Source: Candidatus Binatia bacterium (lineage in GTDB: Bacteria; Desulfobacterota; Binatia; UBA9968; CAXXLF01). From it: a stretch of 64,000 nucleotides of DNA. The translations under genes were made by a program, and so were the position numbers. The notes under the pieces were generated by a model, which was not told where the DNA came from, searched no databases, and was given only the letters and a program-made list of their open reading frames with translations. How positions within the stretch are numbered: the stretch's first letter is position 1; each line of letters begins with the position of its first letter. Where the stretch lies: positions 1,472,001-1,536,000 of the forward strand of contig CAXXLF010000002.1 in assembly GCA_963664015.2 (NCBI GenBank), given 5' to 3'. Positions 61,075-64,000 of the stretch are shown one piece after another.

Positions 61075-61912
61075 ATGGCCAAAATTACTCTGGGTATTGG
61101 CTCATCTCATGCGCCGCAGCTCGCGATGCCTCCCGAGAACTGGCGAGAATACGGTGATTGGGCGCGGACTCAGCCGGAACACTGGTTCGAAGGGAAAACG
61201 TACTCCTTCCCGGAACTTGTCGAGGCCCGCGCGAAAGACCACTTCGAAAAGGAATGCACTGAAGAGAAGTTCCGGGCCCGCTTCGAATCTTGTCAGAAGG
61301 GGATCGCCCATCTCCGTGAAACCCTGGGTCGCATCGCCCCCGACGCCTGCGTCATTTTCGGTGACGACCAGAAAGAGGTCTTTGGCGACGACAACATGCC
61401 GCCCATCGCTATTTACCACGGCGCAACCGTCGACGACGCACCCAATGGACGCCGGGGGGGGGGTATAGCGGGGGCGGCCTGCTGTCCGTGACCCGATCAT
61501 CGATAACGCTCCGCCGGACCGCCTCAGCCATCCGGCAGAGGCCGGGTTGGGACAACACCTCATCGAGGCGCTGACCGCCAACGACTTGGATGTGACACGC
61601 ACCAATGCTCTCGGGGGACGCCTCGATGCCGGGATCGGACACGCCTTCTACTACATCTATCGCAGGTTAATGAACAACAAAACGATCCCCCACGTGCCGG
61701 TAATGGCGAACACCTACTATCCACCGAATGTGCCGATCGCTACGCGGTGCTATCGGTTAGGCCAGGCAGTGCGCCAGGTGATCGAGGAGGAGCTTGACTC
61801 GCGTATCCTGGAGAGCGTGCAGAACGACGATATGGCAAAGCTCACTGACTACCCCGACGTCCGGTTCCGTGCCGGCACTTCTGAGATCAAGAATTGGGTC
61901 ACCCTGGCGGGT
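61075..61912 (+). pseudogene. LigB/gallate-dioxygenase-like extradiol dioxygenase, disrupted
   Basis: GIGSSHAP, FGDDQ.E, GIGHAF, NTYYPPN, GTSEIKNW; frameshift in the G runs near 61455-61475; the SGGLSH segment is deleted; 3' end lost. Confidence 0.85.
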
Positions 61913-62201
61913 ACCCCCGTTGTTGATGACCACGTCGATGGTGCCGAACTTCTCCATCGCCTCCTCGTACATCTCGTTCACCTGGGATTGGAGCGTGATG
62001 TCTATGACCCCTATCAGTACGTTAGGGTTGCCTTTCAGCTCCTCGCGGAAATCGGAATCGTCGTTCGACACGCCCGTAGGCACCCACGACAGGTCCGTCG
62101 CGACGACCCTCGCCCCCCTCCTTGAGGAATACGCGGACCATCTCGCGGCCCATACCCCGGGCTTCCCCGGTTACTAAGACGACTTTATTTTCAACAGACA
62201 T
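61900..62201 (-). pseudogene. 5' fragment of an SDR oxidoreductase
   Basis: ATG 62201 MSVENKVVLVTGEARGMG, frameshift in a G run near 62115, then GARVVATD...FGTIDVVINNGG; truncated. Confidence 0.78.
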
Positions 62202-62364
62202 GGTCTCCCCCTCTCGGTGAGAATCGAAACGAGTTTTTCATTGCAACCCGATTTCGGCCCAGACAGTATCCGAGATGGAGCATTTATGTCACGACTCGGG
62301 ATTGGGCAAGTCGGAAAAGTAAAAAGGCAAAAAAGAGGTAGGGAAAGAGAACAGATATCAGCGG

Positions 62365-63537
62365 TCAAGGCACCGATTTGAAGGTTTTCTCCACCGCAGC
62401 TTGCATGAGTTCCGCCTGCCAGCGCAATAGGCCCCCACTCGTCATAATCTCATCGAGGGTCCGGGGCCGGCTCACGGCTATGGCCTCGAGGGCGGCTCTG
62501 GGTGCCAGAGTCGACGGAGCAATCTCCAGTTCCTTGGCGATCTTGGCACACTCGCCGCGCAGCGCGTTAATCTGCTCCTGGCAGTCGATGCGTGGCGTGT
62601 TAGAGCGCACGTGGCTTGTACGTTCCGGCCACTCCGTCGGCTTCAGGCCGGCTGCTCGAATGATCGCCTCCTCGAGCGTCCCTAGCCACGAGCCGACGAT
62701 ATTGCGCGGCAATTTAGGTCCTTGGTCCAAGGTCGCGGCGGGATGAGACTCTGCCCATTGGAGCAAGTCCAGTATTTGCTGGTTTCCAAAGACCTTAAAG
62801 GGCGGCCGGTTGGTGCGCCGGGCGTGCATGTCGCGCCAGAGCCAGATTTCCCTCAGATAGGCCAGTTGGCGACGGGTCAGCCTCCCGGCTCCTTTGATTC
62901 GCCAGGCTTCCTCGGGATCGCGTGAATTTTCACGCTCGGTGGAATCCACCATCGCGCGGCAACTTTCCCTATGCCAATCGACCCGCCCCCGCTGGTGCAG
63001 CTCCTCGTGCAGGCGTTCGGCGAGCTGCTCGAGGAAACGCGTGTCGTTGACCGCGTAGTGCAGCTGTTCTTCGCTAAGCGGTCGGCGCGACCAGTCCGAC
63101 TTCTGTGATCCCTTTCCAATCGTAAACTCCAAGAATCTTTCGATGAGGGCCGCCAGCCCGATCTGTTCGATACCGAGTAATTGCGCCGCTATCATAGTGT
63201 CGAAGATTTCACGGCGCGGCCTGAAGCCCATCCAGGTACGCATCATGCGCAGGTCATAGTCGCCACCGTGCACGATCAGCGGCTTCTCGGCCAGCGCCTC
63301 GACAAAAACCGTCAGGTCCAATCCGGCAAGCGGGTCGACAAGAAAATGCTCCCCTCCTAGGGAGAGCTGGAGCAAACAGACCTTTTCAAAATAGTTATGC
63401 AAACTGTCGGCCTCGGTATCCACCGCTGCCCTTCCGTCCCCCTTGATGCAACCGATCAGCCTTTCCAGCGCGGCGGGTCCTTGGACGTAGATGTAATCCT
63501 CCGACTCCGGCGTACACAACGAATCAATCTCCTTCAT
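62365..63537 (-). CDS. rnd: Ribonuclease D (3'-5' exonuclease plus HRDC)
   Basis: AVDTEADS, CLLQL, HGGDYD, FDTMIAAQLLG, SDWSRRPLS...YAVND, HRDC region WRD..ARR.NRPPFKV. Confidence 0.93.
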   Translation of the reverse strand: MKEIDSLCTPESEDYIYVQGPAALERLIGCIKGDGRAAVDTEADSLHNYFEKVCLLQLSLGGEHFLVDPLAGLDLTVFVEALAEKPLIVHGGDYDLRMMRTWMGFRPRREIFDTMIAAQLLGIEQIGLAALIERFLEFTIGKGSQKSDWSRRPLSEEQLHYAVNDTRFLEQLAERLHEELHQRGRVDWHRESCRAMVDSTERENSRDPEEAWRIKGAGRLTRRQLAYLREIWLWRDMHARRTNRPPFKVFGNQQILDLLQWAESHPAATLDQGPKLPRNIVGSWLGTLEEAIIRAAGLKPTEWPERTSHVRSNTPRIDCQEQINALRGECAKIAKELEIAPSTLAPRAALEAIAVSRPRTLDEIMTSGGLLRWQAELMQAAVEKTFKSVP

Positions 63538-63762
63538 CAAACTTGAGCCCCTTAGTTTGAACCCTTGGACCCCGAGACCCAAGACCTTAGTGTCTATCTG
63601 TGTGAGGCCTCTCCCGAAGCCAACCACGGTATTTTATTATCATGTGGTCAGGGGCAGGTCTATGGATTTCAGCAGCAAGTCAATGACTACGGGCTACTGA
63701 CGACAGGACTACAAAGATAAGCCCATAGCGATTCGAGAACAGATATGAATGAGAACTTCAGC

Positions 63763-64000
63763 CTAAGATCTGGCAGTGGTCCCTTGTACCGCCGCTTCGG
63801 CGAGGGCGGCTTCCCTACCAGCGATACGACCAAAAACACAGCACCTCGGCAAGCCGTGCAAGGCGAATCCGCCTGCCGACTCTCCGGCGCAGTACAGTCC
63901 CGGTATGGCCGCTCCCTTCATGTCTATCACCTGGCACTTGGTGTTAACTCTCAGTCCGGCCAAAGAATCGTGGAGTATAGGCGTAGACCATGCCGCGTAG
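63763..64000 (-). CDS. 3' end of an FAD-binding flavocytochrome c-type oxidoreductase (5' part outside the window)
   Basis: YAAWSTPILHDSLAGLRVN..CQVID....IPGLYCAGESAGG..FGRIAG. Confidence 0.85.
   Translation of the reverse strand, partial: YAAWSTPILHDSLAGLRVNTKCQVIDMKGAAIPGLYCAGESAGGFALHGLPRCCVFGRIAGREAALAEAAVQGTTARS

Noticed and set aside
1-64000. CRISPR array, rRNA, tRNA, transposase or integrase
   Set aside because: Repeats are degenerate and irregular with no constant repeat-spacer period; no such genes were recognised by eye (no covariance search was run).

Overview
Bacterial chromosomal DNA of moderately high GC. The gene content suggests an uncultured deltaproteobacteria-like lineage such as Ca. 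Binatia (inference only). The window is a patchwork of mostly single-gene units in mixed orientation, many with their own TTGACA-N16-18-TANNNT promoter, separated by mosaic low-complexity or palindromic repeat tracts. It encodes expanded catabolic paralog families (six amidohydrolases, three LigB-type dioxygenases, two Rieske oxygenases plus a fragment, five orphan ABC substrate-binding proteins, three GSTs, cupins) and housekeeping genes (M1 aminopeptidase, tex, rnd, selO). About 14 loci are broken. No rRNA, tRNA, CRISPR array, integrase or transposase was recognised. The main findings are: (1) selO reads TF-UGA-GT-stop, with UGA at the conserved C-terminal Cys position followed by a hairpin fitting the bacterial SECIS consensus, so it is a candidate bacterial selenocysteine SelO; (2) a Co-type thiocyanate-hydrolase/nitrile-hydratase-like enzyme with an unusual fused architecture and His-rich tract; (3) an orientation-biased GGGGTCARGTCT motif at gene boundaries; (4) mosaic SBP paralogs, two of them inverted; (5) a deiodinase-like protein with a CxxA motif; (6) a 49-aa secreted peptide missing from the ORF track.
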